64,000 bases of DNA from an uncultured Gammaproteobacteria bacterium (GTDB lineage Bacteria; Pseudomonadota; Gammaproteobacteria; CAVZZX01), in the NCBI GenBank assembly GCA_963779865.1, contig CAVZZX010000003.1:452018-516017 (forward strand), read 5' to 3'. Positions within the stretch are counted from its first letter, which is position 1, and each line of letters begins with the position of its first letter. Positions 25,338 to 37,712 of the stretch are shown here, one piece after another. The translations under genes were made by a program, and so were the position numbers. The notes under the pieces were generated by a model. The model ran no database searches and was not told where the DNA came from. It worked only from the letters and a program-made list of their open reading frames with translations.

Positions 25338-27308
25338 ATGCACGCACCCGCAACGCCGATGGATGCCATGGACACCGCTGACGATCTGCTGGGCCCCTCC
25401 GGGCCGCTGGCCGAGCGCCTGCCCGGCTTTGCGCCGCGCCGGGCGCAGCAGGAGATGGCGGCCGCCGTCGAGTGCGCGCTCGAGGAGCGCGCGACGCTGG
25501 TCGCCGAAGCCGGCACCGGCACCGGCAAGACCTACGCCTATCTCGTTCCGGCCCTGCTCAGCGGCCGCAAGGTGATCGTCTCCACGGGTACGAAGAACCT
25601 GCAGGACCAGCTCTATGGGCGTGACCTGCCGGCGGTGCGCGATGCCCTCGCCGCGCCGGTGTCGCTGGCCCTGCTCAAGGGGCGGGCGAATTACCTGTGC
25701 CTGCACCGCCTCGGGGGCGCCCAGGGTCTGGGATTGGGCGGGCGCCGCGCCCACGAGCTGGGCGGCATCCGCGCCTGGGCCGGCCACACGCAGAGCGGCG
25801 ACATCGCCGAGTACCGCGCGGTCTCCGAGGACAGCCCGGTGTGGCTGCAGGTGACCTCCACGCCGGACAACTGCCTGGGCACGGACTGCCCGCAGCTGCG
25901 CGACTGCTTCCTGGCCAAGGCCCGGCGCCGCGCCCAGGAGGCCGAGGTGGTGGTGGTTAATCATCACCTGCTCCTGTCCGATCTGTCCCTGCGCGAGGGC
26001 GGCTTCGGGGAAGTGCTGCCCGCCGCCGATGCCTTCATCATCGACGAGGCGCATCAGCTCCCCGACGTCGCCGCGCAGTTCTTCGGCACGGCGCTCGGCG
26101 CCAATCAGCTCCTGGAGCTGGGGCGCGACAGCGTGGCCGAATACCGCGGCGAGGCGGGGGAGGGACGCGAGGCCGTGGCCCTCAATGAGGCCCTCGCCCA
26201 GGCGGTGCAGGACCTTCGTGGTGCACTCGGCGCCGAGCCGCGCCGCCTGCCCTGGGCCGAGCTGGGCGCGCGACCGGGACTGGACAAGGATATCGCGGCC
26301 GTGCAGCGGCGGCTCGATGCCCTGGCCGAGTTTCTGGAGCCGCTCGCCGAGCGCGGCAAGGGACTGGAGAGCTGTGCCCGTCGCGCCGCGACGCTGGCGG
26401 AGCGCTTCGGCACGCTCACGCGGCAGGCGCCGGAGGACCACGTGCACTGGCTCGACGTGCACCCGCGCAGCTTCAGCATCCACCTGACGCCGCTGGAGAT
26501 CGGCGAGCGCTTCCGGGCCCACATGGAGGCATTGAACGCCGGCTGGGTGTTCACCTCGGCCACGCTGGCGGTGGGCGGGCGTTTCGACCATTTTCTCTCC
26601 CGCCTCGGCATTGAAGAGGCCGAGACCCGGCTCTGGGAGAGCCCCTTCGACTTCCCGCATCAGTCCCTGCTGTATTTGCCGGACGGCATTCCCGAGCCCT
26701 CCGCGCCCGAACACACCCAGGCCGTGATCGAGGCAGCCTTGCCCGTGCTGCGGGCAAGCGGCGGACGTGCCTTCCTGTTGTTCACCAGCCACCGCGCCCT
26801 GAGTCGCGCCGCCGAGCTGCTGCGCGAGCAAATCCCCTATCCGCTGATGGTGCAGGGCGAGGCGCCGCGCGATGCGCTGCTCGGGGCCTTTCGCGAGGCC
26901 GGTAATGCGGTATTGCTCGGCACGAGCAGCTTCTGGGAAGGGGTGGACGTGCGCGGCGAGGCCCTATCGCTGGTGATCATCGACAAGCTTCCCTTCGCGG
27001 CCCCCGGCGACCCGGTGCTGCAGGCCCGGCTCGACGCCATGCGCCGCCAGGGGCGCAATCCCTTCGGCGACTATCAGCTGCCGCAGGCGGTGATCACCCT
27101 CAAGCAGGGCGTGGGGCGGCTGATCCGCGACGTCGACGACCGCGGGGTGATGATGATCTGCGACCCGCGCCTGGTGGGACGTGGCTACGGGCGGGTATTT
27201 CTCAACAGCCTGCCGCCGATGCCGCGCACCCGTCAGCTGGCGGTGGTGCAGCGGTTCTTTTCGGCCGACCCGGTGGCGCCGGCCGCGCGCGGGAGCGGGG
27301 CGGCATGA
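25338..27308 (+). CDS. yoaA: ATP-dependent DNA helicase, DinG family (YoaA-like)
   Basis: ...PGFAPRRAQQEMAAAVECALEERATLVAEAGTGTGKTYAYLVPALL...STGTKNLQDQLYGRDLP... closely follows the E. coli YoaA N-terminus as I recall it. DEAH box ...FIIDEAHQLPD... Start is at aa 34 of the track ORF. Confidence 0.8.
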   Translation: MHAPATPMDAMDTADDLLGPSGPLAERLPGFAPRRAQQEMAAAVECALEERATLVAEAGTGTGKTYAYLVPALLSGRKVIVSTGTKNLQDQLYGRDLPAVRDALAAPVSLALLKGRANYLCLHRLGGAQGLGLGGRRAHELGGIRAWAGHTQSGDIAEYRAVSEDSPVWLQVTSTPDNCLGTDCPQLRDCFLAKARRRAQEAEVVVVNHHLLLSDLSLREGGFGEVLPAADAFIIDEAHQLPDVAAQFFGTALGANQLLELGRDSVAEYRGEAGEGREAVALNEALAQAVQDLRGALGAEPRRLPWAELGARPGLDKDIAAVQRRLDALAEFLEPLAERGKGLESCARRAATLAERFGTLTRQAPEDHVHWLDVHPRSFSIHLTPLEIGERFRAHMEALNAGWVFTSATLAVGGRFDHFLSRLGIEEAETRLWESPFDFPHQSLLYLPDGIPEPSAPEHTQAVIEAALPVLRASGGRAFLLFTSHRALSRAAELLREQIPYPLMVQGEAPRDALLGAFREAGNAVLLGTSSFWEGVDVRGEALSLVIIDKLPFAAPGDPVLQARLDAMRRQGRNPFGDYQLPQAVITLKQGVGRLIRDVDDRGVMMICDPRLVGRGYGRVFLNSLPPMPRTRQLAVVQRFFSADPVAPAARGSGAA

Positions 27309-27979
27309 GGCTGCTGGCGATCGAGACCGCCACCGAGGCCTGTTCGGCAGCGCTGCTGGTCGAGGGCGAGGTGCGGGAGCGTTACCGGATTGCCCCCCGT
27401 GAGCATGCCGCGCTGATCCTGCCGATGGTGCGCGAGCTCCTCGACGAGGCGGGGCTGAGGCTCGCGGCGCTCGACGGCATCGGCTTCGGGCGCGGGCCGG
27501 GCGCCTTCACCGGGGTGCGCATCGCCACCGGCGTGGTGCAGGGCCTCGCCTTTGCGAGCGATCTCCCGGTGGTGCCCGTGTCCACCTTGGCGGCGCTCGC
27601 CCACGGGCAGGGCCGCGAGAACGGCGCCGAGCGGGTGGCGGCGGCCCTGGATGCGCGCATGGGCGAGGTGTACTGGGGCTGCTACCGGGTGGCGGAGGGC
27701 GAAGCGCGGCTCGTCGGCGCGCGCGAGCAGGTGTGCGCCGCGGAGGCGGTGGACGTCCCGTCCGAGGAGCCCTGGGTGGGGGCCGGACCCGGTTGGGCGC
27801 GTTACGCGGAGACGCTCGCCTCGCGCTTCGGGTCGCGCCTGGCTGCCACCCGACCCGAGCGCCTGCCGCGCGCCGCCGACGTCGCCCGACTCGCGGCGGC
27901 GGGGCTCGCGCGCGGCGAGGCGGTGGCCGCCGAAGATGCCCTGCCGGTGTATCTGCGCGACCGCGTGGTCAACCTCTGA
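27305..27979 (+). CDS. tsaB: tRNA threonylcarbamoyladenosine biosynthesis protein TsaB (inactive Kae1/YeaZ homologue)
   Basis: MRLLAIETATEACSAALL... is typical of YeaZ/TsaB. The ATG overlaps the yoaA stop (ATGA). Confidence 0.85.
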   Translation: MRLLAIETATEACSAALLVEGEVRERYRIAPREHAALILPMVRELLDEAGLRLAALDGIGFGRGPGAFTGVRIATGVVQGLAFASDLPVVPVSTLAALAHGQGRENGAERVAAALDARMGEVYWGCYRVAEGEARLVGAREQVCAAEAVDVPSEEPWVGAGPGWARYAETLASRFGSRLAATRPERLPRAADVARLAAAGLARGEAVAAEDALPVYLRDRVVNL

Positions 27980-27990
27980 GGGGGGGCCGC

Positions 27991-29163
<1,173 letters not shown>

Positions 29164-29508
29164 TCAGCCGAAGCGGGCGGTGAACTGCGCGTCGCTGAAG
29201 CCCACCTGCACCGCGCCGCCGTCCTCCAGCACCGGGCGCTTGACGAGCGTCGGATGCTCCAGCATCAGCGTCCGGGCGCGAGCGGCGGTGAGCTCGGCGC
29301 GCTCCGCCTCGGGCAGGCGGCGCCAGGTGGTGCCGCGGCGGTTGAGCAGCGCCTCCCAGCCCAGCGCCTCGATCCACCCCTGCAGCCGGCCCGGATCGAG
29401 CCCGTCGCGGCGCAGGTCGACGAAGATGTAGGCGAGGCCGCGGGTGTCGAGCCAGCGGCGGGCCTTTTTCACCGTGTCGCAGTTGGCGATGCCGTAGAGC
29501 GTCAGCAT
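29164..29508 (-). CDS. ArsC/Spx-family protein (YffB-like)
   Basis: 114 aa; [20 protein letters not shown]... has the thioredoxin-like CxxS/T N-terminus. Embedded between dapE and dapD. Confidence 0.7.
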   Translation of the reverse strand: MLTLYGIANCDTVKKARRWLDTRGLAYIFVDLRRDGLDPGRLQGWIEALGWEALLNRRGTTWRRLPEAERAELTAARARTLMLEHPTLVKRPVLEDGGAVQVGFSDAQFTARFG

Positions 29509-29525
29509 GGGCTCGGCACTCGGGC

Positions 29526-30351
<826 letters not shown>

Positions 30352-30394
30352 GGGGCGGGTCTCCCGGTTCTTGTCGTTCTGCCTCGTGGCCCCT

Positions 30395-31591
30395 CTACAG
30401 GGATTCCACGAAGCGGCGGATGCGGTGCGCAGCCTCGATGCACTCCTCGACCTCGGCCACCAGCGCCATGCGCACGTGGGCGTGGCCCGGATTGCGGCCG
30501 CCGACCTCGCGCGAAAGGTAGCTGCCGGGCAGCACGGTCACGTTCTCGCGGGCAAACAGCTCGCGGGCGAAGCTCTGGTCGTCGATCGGGGTGTGCGGCC
30601 ACAGGTAGAAACCGGCCTGGGGACGGGCCACGTCCAGCACCGGCTCGAGGATCTCCAGCACCGCGTCGAACTTGCGGCGATAGAGCTCGCGGTTGGCGCG
30701 CACGTGCGCTTCGTCCGACCAGGCCGCGGCGCTCGCCACCTGATGCGGCGGCGGCATGGCACAGCCGTGATACGTCCGGTAGCGGAGGAAGCCGCTAATC
30801 AGCGCGGCGTCCCCGGCCACGAAGCCCGAGCGCATGCCCGGCAGGTTGGAGCGCTTGGACAGGCTGTGAAAGGCCAGGCAGCGGGCGTAGTCGGTGCGGC
30901 CCATGCGCGCGGCCGCCTGCAGCAGGCCCGGCGGTGGGGCGTCCTCGTCGAAGTAGATCTCCGAATAGCACTCGTCGGCGGCGATCACGAAGTCGTAGCG
31001 ATCGGCCAGCTCGATGAGCCCTTGCAGCGTCGCTTCCTCGAGGACCGTGCCCGTGGGATTGGACGGTGAGCACAGGTAGAGCAGCTGGCATCGCTCCCAC
31101 ACCGCTGCCGGTACGCCGTCGAAGGCGGGGGCATACTGGCGCTCGCGCCCGGCCTCGATATAGTAGGGTTCGGCCCCGGCGAGCAGGGCCGCACCTTCGT
31201 AGATCTGGTAGAAGGGGTTGGGCATCGCCACGATGGGCCGCGCGCTGCGGTCGACAAGGGCCTGGGCGGCGGCGAACAGCGCCTCGCGGGTGCCGGTGAC
31301 CGGCAGCACGTGGCGCTCGGCGTCGAGGCTTGCGGCGGGCAGGGCGAAGCGGCGCCGCAGCCAGTCGACCACGGCCTGCCGCAGGGCAGCGTCGCCGCGG
31401 CTGAGCGGATAGCGCGACAGACCGTGCAGGTGGCTGATCAGCGTCTCGGCGACGAAGTGCGGTGCGTGGTGGCGTGGCTCGCCGATGGACAGCGCGATCG
31501 GGTGCCGGTCCGCGGGGGGTACAATTCCGGCCTTGAGATCGCGAAGCTTCTCAAATGGATAGGGCTGCAGCTTGTCGAGGTCCGGATTCAT
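30395..31591 (-). CDS. dapC: Succinyldiaminopimelate transaminase (class I aminotransferase)
   Basis: [19 protein letters not shown]...[15 protein letters not shown] carries the PLP lysine motif. Synteny with dapD and dapE. Confidence 0.75.
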   Translation of the reverse strand: MNPDLDKLQPYPFEKLRDLKAGIVPPADRHPIALSIGEPRHHAPHFVAETLISHLHGLSRYPLSRGDAALRQAVVDWLRRRFALPAASLDAERHVLPVTGTREALFAAAQALVDRSARPIVAMPNPFYQIYEGAALLAGAEPYYIEAGRERQYAPAFDGVPAAVWERCQLLYLCSPSNPTGTVLEEATLQGLIELADRYDFVIAADECYSEIYFDEDAPPPGLLQAAARMGRTDYARCLAFHSLSKRSNLPGMRSGFVAGDAALISGFLRYRTYHGCAMPPPHQVASAAAWSDEAHVRANRELYRRKFDAVLEILEPVLDVARPQAGFYLWPHTPIDDQSFARELFARENVTVLPGSYLSREVGGRNPGHAHVRMALVAEVEECIEAAHRIRRFVESL

Positions 31592-31637
31592 TGCTTGAGC
31601 CGTCGCAGCACGATATGAGAACGTCCGGGTCGAACGC

Positions 31638-32630
31638 GTGACGCCGGCGAAGGAGGCGGCCACTTTGAAACGGATCCCGGGAGCGGCGCGTCCGAAGCCC
31701 TCGGCGCACGCCAGTCAAGACAGGGCGCATAGTATAGAGCAAGGCGCAAGGGCCGCCAAACCGCTGCTCCCCACGCTGAGCGTGCTGCTTGCCGCCGCGT
31801 TGTGGGGCGTGTTCTGGTATCCGTTGCGGCTGCTCGAGGCGCACGGCCTGAGCGGCCTGTGGAGCACGCTGCTCATCTATTCGGGGACCCTCGCCGCAGC
31901 CGCTCCGCTGCTGCGTCACCACCTGCACGAGAGCGTGCGGGCGCCCGGGGGCCTGCTGGTGCTTGCGCTCGCCGCCGGCTGGTGCAACACCGCTTTCGTG
32001 CTTGCCATGCTCCATGGCGAAGTCATGCGAGTGCTGCTGCTGTTTTTCCTCTCGCCAATCTGGGCGACCCTGCTCGGGCGTTGGCTGCTGGGCGAGCGGG
32101 TCAGCGGCGGCGCCTGGCTGACGCTGCTGTTGGCGCTCGCCGGCGCCGTGGTCATGCTCTGGGGGCCGGCCGCCCGGGCGCCGAGCTTCACCGGGGCGGG
32201 CGACTGGCTGGCGTTGAGCGCCGGACTGACCTTCGCCTTGACCAATACCATGGTCCGCCGCATCCAGAACGTGGCGCTGGGCGTGAAGACGGTGGCGGCC
32301 TGGCTGGGCGGCATCCTCTTCGCGGGCGCCCTGATCCTGGTCACGGGCGATGCGCTGGCGCCGGCGGGCGCCGGTGCAATACTGGCAGCGCTGGGCTTCG
32401 GTGCGGTGGTGATGGTGGTCATGACCCTGTCGGTGCAGTACGGCGTGACGCACATGCCGGTGCACCGCTCGGCGGTCATTGTGTTATTCGAGCTGGTGGC
32501 CGGGGCGCTCTCCTCGCAGCTGCTGACGAGCGAGCGCATGGCCCGGCGCGAGTGGATCGGCGGCGCCCTGATCGTGGCGGCCGCCTATTTCACCGCCAGC
32601 CGCAATCTGGAGGGATCCGATGAGCGATAG
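31638..32630 (+). CDS. DMT superfamily (EamA-like) transporter
   Basis: About 10 TM segments, tandem EamA-like halves. Start uncertain; the first ATG lies 46 nt from the divergent dapC start. Confidence 0.65.
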   Translation: MTPAKEAATLKRIPGAARPKPSAHASQDRAHSIEQGARAAKPLLPTLSVLLAAALWGVFWYPLRLLEAHGLSGLWSTLLIYSGTLAAAAPLLRHHLHESVRAPGGLLVLALAAGWCNTAFVLAMLHGEVMRVLLLFFLSPIWATLLGRWLLGERVSGGAWLTLLLALAGAVVMLWGPAARAPSFTGAGDWLALSAGLTFALTNTMVRRIQNVALGVKTVAAWLGGILFAGALILVTGDALAPAGAGAILAALGFGAVVMVVMTLSVQYGVTHMPVHRSAVIVLFELVAGALSSQLLTSERMARREWIGGALIVAAAYFTASRNLEGSDER

Positions 32631-33006
32631 CAATGTGACCGAGATCCTGCACGCCAGCCTGCTGGTGGCCGACACCGCGCGCGCGCTGGAGTTCTACCGC
32701 GGGGTGCTGGGTATGGCGCTCGAGCCGGCGCGGCCGGAGCTGGGCTTTCCCGGCGCCTGGCTGCGGGCGGGGGGGCGCCAGGTCCACCTCCTGGAGCTGC
32801 CGAGCCCCGACCCGCGCGAGGGCCGGCCGGCGCACGGCGGCCGGGACCGCCACGTCGCCTTTGCGGTGCGGGATCTGGCGCTGCTGGAGAGCGCCCTGCA
32901 GGGGGCGGGCGTGGACTTCACGCGCAGCCGCTCGGGACGGCGCGCGCTCTTTTGCCGCGACCCGGACGGCAATGCCCTGGAATTCGTGGAGACGCCCGGC
33001 GCCTGA
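32620..33006 (+). CDS. VOC family (glyoxalase/bleomycin-resistance/dioxygenase) protein
   Basis: 128 aa; ...EILHASLLVADTARALEFYRGVLGM...DRHVAFAV... Confidence 0.7.
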   Translation: MSDSNVTEILHASLLVADTARALEFYRGVLGMALEPARPELGFPGAWLRAGGRQVHLLELPSPDPREGRPAHGGRDRHVAFAVRDLALLESALQGAGVDFTRSRSGRRALFCRDPDGNALEFVETPGA

Positions 33007-33008
33007 GC

Positions 33009-35702
33009 TCAGCGGGCGCGGGACACGGCAGGCGCCGGTTCGGGCGCGCCTTCACTCAGGTAGCGCAGCACGCGTTCGCGCACGCAGTCGAACTGGGCCG
33101 GGTCGCTCAGGGCCCGGTCGTGCTCGTCGGTGATGTAGAAGATGTCCTCTGCGCGTTCACCGAAGGTGGCGATCTTCGCGTTGTGCAGCCGCACCCCGCA
33201 CTCGGCAAGCGCGGCGCCGATTTGCGCGAGCAGGCCCGGGCGGTCGAAGGCGGCCACCTCCATGATGGTGCGCTGATTGCGGATCTCCTCGCTGAAGGAC
33301 ACCTCCGGGGCGAAGGCGAAATGCCGCCGCTGGCGGGGCAGGTGACGGGAGACGGTGGGCAGCCCGGGCGCTTCGTCGAGCACCTGTTCACGCAGACGGT
33401 GCAGCAGCTCCTGCATGCGACCGGCGTCGGAAATCGGCTCGCCGCTCTCCTCGAGGATGACGAAGGTGTCCAGGGCGTGGCCATCGTCGGAGCGGATGAT
33501 GCGTGCATCCTGGACCGTCATGCCCATCTGGTCGATGACCGACGCGGCCTTGGCGAACAGGTGGTTGCGCGAGGGCGCATAGATGAACACTTCCGTGGCC
33601 CCGTGACTGGCGTCCTGGCGCGAGAGGATCAGCGGCCGATCCTGGGGCGGACAGGTGAGGATCGCTTCGCTGTGCCAACTCACCTCGTCCGGGGAATAGC
33701 GCAGGAAGTACTCCTCGCCGAGGTCGGCCCAGAGCTGCTCGAGGGCCTGGGGGTCGAGCCGGGCACGGATGAGCTGCACCCGCGCCTGATTCTGCACCTC
33801 GGCGATGCGCTCGGACTGCAGCAGCGGCGTGGCGAGACCGCGGCGCAGTGCCCGCACGGTGGCGTGGTAGAGCTCGCGCAGCAGGGCGTCCTTCCAGGCG
33901 TTCCAGACGTTGGGGCTGGTGCCGCGCATGTCGGCCACCGTGAGCAGATACAGATAGTCGAGCCGACTCTTCTCACCGACCTCCTGGGCGAAGACGTTGA
34001 CCACCAGCGGGTCGCTGATGTCCCGGCGCTGGGCCGTCATCGACATCATCAGGTGCTTGCGCACCAGCCAGGCCACCAGGTTGGCGTCGTAGGTGCTCAG
34101 GCCGTGGCGGAGGGCGAACTCCAGGGCGTCGCGGGCCCCCAGCTCGGAGTGGTCGCCGCCGCGGCCCTTGGCGATGTCGTGGAACAGGGCGGCGATGTAC
34201 AGCAGCTCGGGCTTGGGCACCCGGGCGATGACGCTGCTGCACAACGGGAACTCCTGGCGGTAGGCGGGGACCGTGAAGCGGCGCAGGTTGCGCACCACGG
34301 CCAGCGTATGCTCGTCCACGGTGTAGACGTGGAACAGGTCGTGCTGCATCTGCCCCACGATCTGGCCAAAGGCGGGCAGGTAGGCGCCCAGCACGCCGTA
34401 GCGGTTCATGCGCCGCAGCTCGTGGGTGACGCCCTGCGGCTGACGCAGCAACTCCATGAACAGCGTGCGGCAGCGCAGATCGTCGCGAAACTCATTGTCG
34501 ATGAGGGGGCGGTGATCGCGGATCAGACGAATGGTGTTGGCGCGCACGCCCTTCAACTCGCGGTGCTGGGCGAGCAGAAAGAACACCTCCAGCAGGGCGA
34601 AGGGGTAGCGCCGGAACACCCGCTCGTCCACCGCTTCGAGGAAGCCCTTGCGGGCCTGAAAGCGTTTGTTGATGGGCACCGGTTCGCCGGTGTCGTCCGC
34701 GTAGAGGATCTCCTCCTGGAACAGCTGGAGCAGCATCTCGTTCAAGCGGCCGAGCTCCATCACCACCCGGTAGTACTGCTTCATGAAGTGCTCGACCCCC
34801 AGCCGCTTGGGGTCGTCGCGGTAGCCGAACTGGCGCGCCAGACTGCGCTGGTGGTCGAACAGCAGGCGGTCCTCGCGGCGCCCCGCGAGCAGGTGCAGTC
34901 CGAAGCGGATCTGCCAGAGAAAGGCCTGGCCTTCGGTGAGGGTGCGATACTCCTTCTCCGTGAGGAAGCCGTGCGCGACCAGGTCGTGGAGGTCCTCCGC
35001 GCCGAAGTGGCGTTTCGCCACCCAGCCGATCATCTGGATGTCGCGCAGGCCCCCCGGGCCTTCCTTGATGTTCGGCTCGAGGTTGTAGGCGGTGTCGTGG
35101 TACTTGTGGTGGCGGGCGATCTGCTCCTCGAGCTTGGCCGAGAAGAAGGCGCGGCTCGGCCACACGTGTGCCGGGCCGCAGCGTTCGCGCTGCGCGTCGA
35201 ACAGGGCCGGTGGGCCGACCAGCAGGCGCGCCTCCTGCAGGTTGGTGGCAACGGTGATGTCGCGCGCAGCCTCCTCGGCGCACTGGCTGACGCTGCGCAC
35301 GCTGTGCCCGACCTCCAGCCCCATGTCCCAGACGAAGGTCAGGAAGCCCTCGATCGCCTCGCGCGGCGCGTCGTCGCTCTCGGCGAGCAGGATCAGCAGA
35401 TCCACGTCCGAACCGGGGTGGAGCTCCCCGCGCCCATAGCCGCCGACGGCGACCAGCGCCAGATGGGGCGCGGCGGGATCGAAGAACAGGCGCCAGGCGC
35501 GGATCAGGATGCGGTCGAGAACCGCCGCCCGCGCCGGCACCAGTTCGGAGGCGGTGCGGCCGGAGAGAAAGCGCTCGCGCAGAGTGTGGTCGGCCTCGCG
35601 CAGCGCGCGGCGAAAGCGCTCCAGGGGGGCGCTGTCGCCGGCGAGCTCGCGATCCAGGGCGTCCGCGTCGAACAGCCGGCGGTCGACCACCGGGAGTCTC
35701 AC
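33009..35702 (-). CDS. glnD: Bifunctional [protein-PII] uridylyltransferase/uridylyl-removing enzyme
   Basis: 897 aa with nucleotidyltransferase (...GGYGRGELHPGSDVDLLIL...), HD and two C-terminal ACT domains. Confidence 0.9.
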   Translation of the reverse strand: MRLPVVDRRLFDADALDRELAGDSAPLERFRRALREADHTLRERFLSGRTASELVPARAAVLDRILIRAWRLFFDPAAPHLALVAVGGYGRGELHPGSDVDLLILLAESDDAPREAIEGFLTFVWDMGLEVGHSVRSVSQCAEEAARDITVATNLQEARLLVGPPALFDAQRERCGPAHVWPSRAFFSAKLEEQIARHHKYHDTAYNLEPNIKEGPGGLRDIQMIGWVAKRHFGAEDLHDLVAHGFLTEKEYRTLTEGQAFLWQIRFGLHLLAGRREDRLLFDHQRSLARQFGYRDDPKRLGVEHFMKQYYRVVMELGRLNEMLLQLFQEEILYADDTGEPVPINKRFQARKGFLEAVDERVFRRYPFALLEVFFLLAQHRELKGVRANTIRLIRDHRPLIDNEFRDDLRCRTLFMELLRQPQGVTHELRRMNRYGVLGAYLPAFGQIVGQMQHDLFHVYTVDEHTLAVVRNLRRFTVPAYRQEFPLCSSVIARVPKPELLYIAALFHDIAKGRGGDHSELGARDALEFALRHGLSTYDANLVAWLVRKHLMMSMTAQRRDISDPLVVNVFAQEVGEKSRLDYLYLLTVADMRGTSPNVWNAWKDALLRELYHATVRALRRGLATPLLQSERIAEVQNQARVQLIRARLDPQALEQLWADLGEEYFLRYSPDEVSWHSEAILTCPPQDRPLILSRQDASHGATEVFIYAPSRNHLFAKAASVIDQMGMTVQDARIIRSDDGHALDTFVILEESGEPISDAGRMQELLHRLREQVLDEAPGLPTVSRHLPRQRRHFAFAPEVSFSEEIRNQRTIMEVAAFDRPGLLAQIGAALAECGVRLHNAKIATFGERAEDIFYITDEHDRALSDPAQFDCVRERVLRYLSEGAPEPAPAVSRAR

Positions 35703-36469
35703 GACCAGTGTTCCTCATCGCGGCGCGTGAGCACCTCGTAGCCGTCCTCGGTCACCAGAATGGTGTGCTCCCACTGCGCCGAGAGGGCGTGGTCCTTGGT
35801 GACGACCGTCCAGCCGTCCTTGAGCAGCTTCACCTCGCGCTTGCCGGCGTTCACCATCGGCTCGATGGTGATGGCCATGCCAGGCTCGAGCGCGAGCCCG
35901 GTGCCCGGACGTCCGTAATGCAGCACCTGCGGCTCTTCGTGGAACTCGCGGCCGATCCCGTGGCCGCAGTATTCGCGCACTACGGAGTAGTTGTGGCTCT
36001 CCGCATGGTTCTGGATGGCATGGCCGATGTCGCCGAGGGTCACCCCGGGGCAGACCATCTCGATGCCCGTGCGCATGCACTCGTAGGTCACTTCGGTGAG
36101 GCGCCGCGCCAGGATGGAAGGTTCCCCGACGAAGAACATCTTGCTGGTGTCGCCGTGATAACCGTCCTTGATGACGGTGATGTCGATGTTGAGCACGTCC
36201 CCCTTTTTCAGCCGCTTGCCGCCGGGGATGCCGTGGCAGACCACGTGGTTGACGGAGGTGCAGATGGACTTGGGAAAGCCGTGGTAGTTCAGCGGCGCCG
36301 GAACGGCGCCCTGCTCCTGGACGATAAACTCGTGACAGATCCGATCCAGCTCGTCCGTGGTCACCCCCGGTTGCACGTGCGGCCCGATCATCTCCAGCAC
36401 CTCGGCCGCCAGCCGGCCGGCGATGCGCATCTTTTCGATTTCCTCGCTGCTCTTGATTGTCACACTCAT
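35699..36469 (-). CDS. map: Type I methionine aminopeptidase
   Basis: MSVTIKSSEEIEKMRIAGRLAAEVLEMIGPHVQPGVTTDELDRICHEFI... Start taken at aa 94 of the track ORF; alternative at 36484. Confidence 0.9.
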   Translation of the reverse strand: MSVTIKSSEEIEKMRIAGRLAAEVLEMIGPHVQPGVTTDELDRICHEFIVQEQGAVPAPLNYHGFPKSICTSVNHVVCHGIPGGKRLKKGDVLNIDITVIKDGYHGDTSKMFFVGEPSILARRLTEVTYECMRTGIEMVCPGVTLGDIGHAIQNHAESHNYSVVREYCGHGIGREFHEEPQVLHYGRPGTGLALEPGMAITIEPMVNAGKREVKLLKDGWTVVTKDHALSAQWEHTILVTEDGYEVLTRRDEEHWS

Positions 36470-36550
36470 ACTGCTGATTTCCATAGGGTTGGGGACGTGG
36501 CCACCGGCCGTGCGGGGCACGGCGGACGTATTCGGGCGGGCGCGTGAGCG

Positions 36551-36586
36551 GTTGGTCTCGGAATCCGAATTATGGTATAAAGCGCG
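36551..36586 (+). promoter_or_regulatory. Candidate sigma70 promoter for rpsB (TTGGTC - ~18 nt - TGgTATAAA extended -10)
   Basis: In the only lower-GC stretch of the map-rpsB intergenic region, about 150 nt upstream of the rpsB ATG. A long leader fits S2 autoregulation. Approximate coordinates. Confidence 0.3.
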
Positions 36587-36731
36587 CGCCCTTGAGGCAA
36601 ATCCGAATGCCGGCCCGTGGGCCGGCGAACACCGACTCCACACATGCACCGGCACGCATGCCCGGGTGCCCCCGTAATCTGGGGTTGGCATGCGAGGGTG
36701 TATGGAGGCGCAACCCGAAGGAGACAAGTCA

Positions 36732-37613
36732 ATGGCTAGCGTGACCATGCGTCAAATGCTGGAGGCCGGCGTGCATTTCGGCCACCAGACCCGGTTCTGG
36801 AACCCGCGGATGTCCCCGTTCATCTTCGGCGATCGGAACAAGATCCACATCATCAACCTCGAAAAATCCCTCCCGCTCTATAAGGATGCGATGAACTATC
36901 TGGGCTCCCTGGCCTCGCGCAAGGGGACCGTCCTGTTCGTCGGCACCAAGCGGGCCGCCCGCGAGTCCATCCGCGAGCAGGCCGAGCGCTGCGGCATGCC
37001 CTTCGTGAACCACCGCTGGCTGGGCGGCATGCTCACGAACTTCAAGACCGTGCGCCAGTCCATCAAGCGCCTGAAGGAACTCGAGACCATGAGTCAGGAC
37101 GGGACCTTCGAGCGCCTCTCCAAAAAGGAGGCGCTGATGCTGCGCCGGGAGATGGACAAGCTCGAGCGCAGCCTGGGCGGTATCAAGGATATGGGCGGGC
37201 TCCCCGACGCCATGTTCGTCATCGACGTCGGCTACGAGAAGAACGCCATCGCCGAGGCGACCAAGCTCGGCATCCCGGTCGTCGGCGTGGTGGACACGAA
37301 CAACAGCCCCAACGGCGTCGACTATGTGATCCCGGGCAACGATGACGCCATCCGCGCCATCCAGTTGTACACGCATGGCGCTGCCGATGCGATCGTCGAA
37401 GGCAAGGAGTCCATCGCGACGGCACCGGGCCCGGCCGACGAGTTCGTCGAGATCGCCGAAGAGGGTGCCGCGCGGCCGCGCGCCAAGAAGAAGACGGCCG
37501 CCAAGAAGGCGCCCGCCAAGCCGGCCGAGACCCCTGAGACGGAGGCGCAGGCCAGCCCCGAGGCTAGCGAGCAGGCGACCGGCGACCAGGCGACGGGCGA
37601 GCCGTCCGCCTGA
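36732..37613 (+). CDS. rpsB: 30S ribosomal protein S2
   Basis: [33 protein letters not shown]... AAGGAGA RBS. Acidic Ala/Lys-rich C-terminal extension. Confidence 0.95.
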   Translation: MASVTMRQMLEAGVHFGHQTRFWNPRMSPFIFGDRNKIHIINLEKSLPLYKDAMNYLGSLASRKGTVLFVGTKRAARESIREQAERCGMPFVNHRWLGGMLTNFKTVRQSIKRLKELETMSQDGTFERLSKKEALMLRREMDKLERSLGGIKDMGGLPDAMFVIDVGYEKNAIAEATKLGIPVVGVVDTNNSPNGVDYVIPGNDDAIRAIQLYTHGAADAIVEGKESIATAPGPADEFVEIAEEGAARPRAKKKTAAKKAPAKPAETPETEAQASPEASEQATGDQATGEPSA

Positions 37614-37633
37614 GCCGCGCCCGCGGCCGGAAG

Positions 37634-37656
37634 AAGGGGGCTCAGCCCCCTTTTTC
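37634..37656 (+). terminator. Rho-independent terminator/attenuator after rpsB (GGGGGC-tca-GCCCCC followed by TTTTT)
   Basis: GC hairpin plus T-run read directly from sequence 21 nt after the rpsB stop, before tsf. Confidence 0.5.
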
Positions 37657-37712
37657 GAATCGGCGCCCGGGATGGCGGCGTCGCAACAGATTTTGAAGAG
37701 GATCAAGCGATT

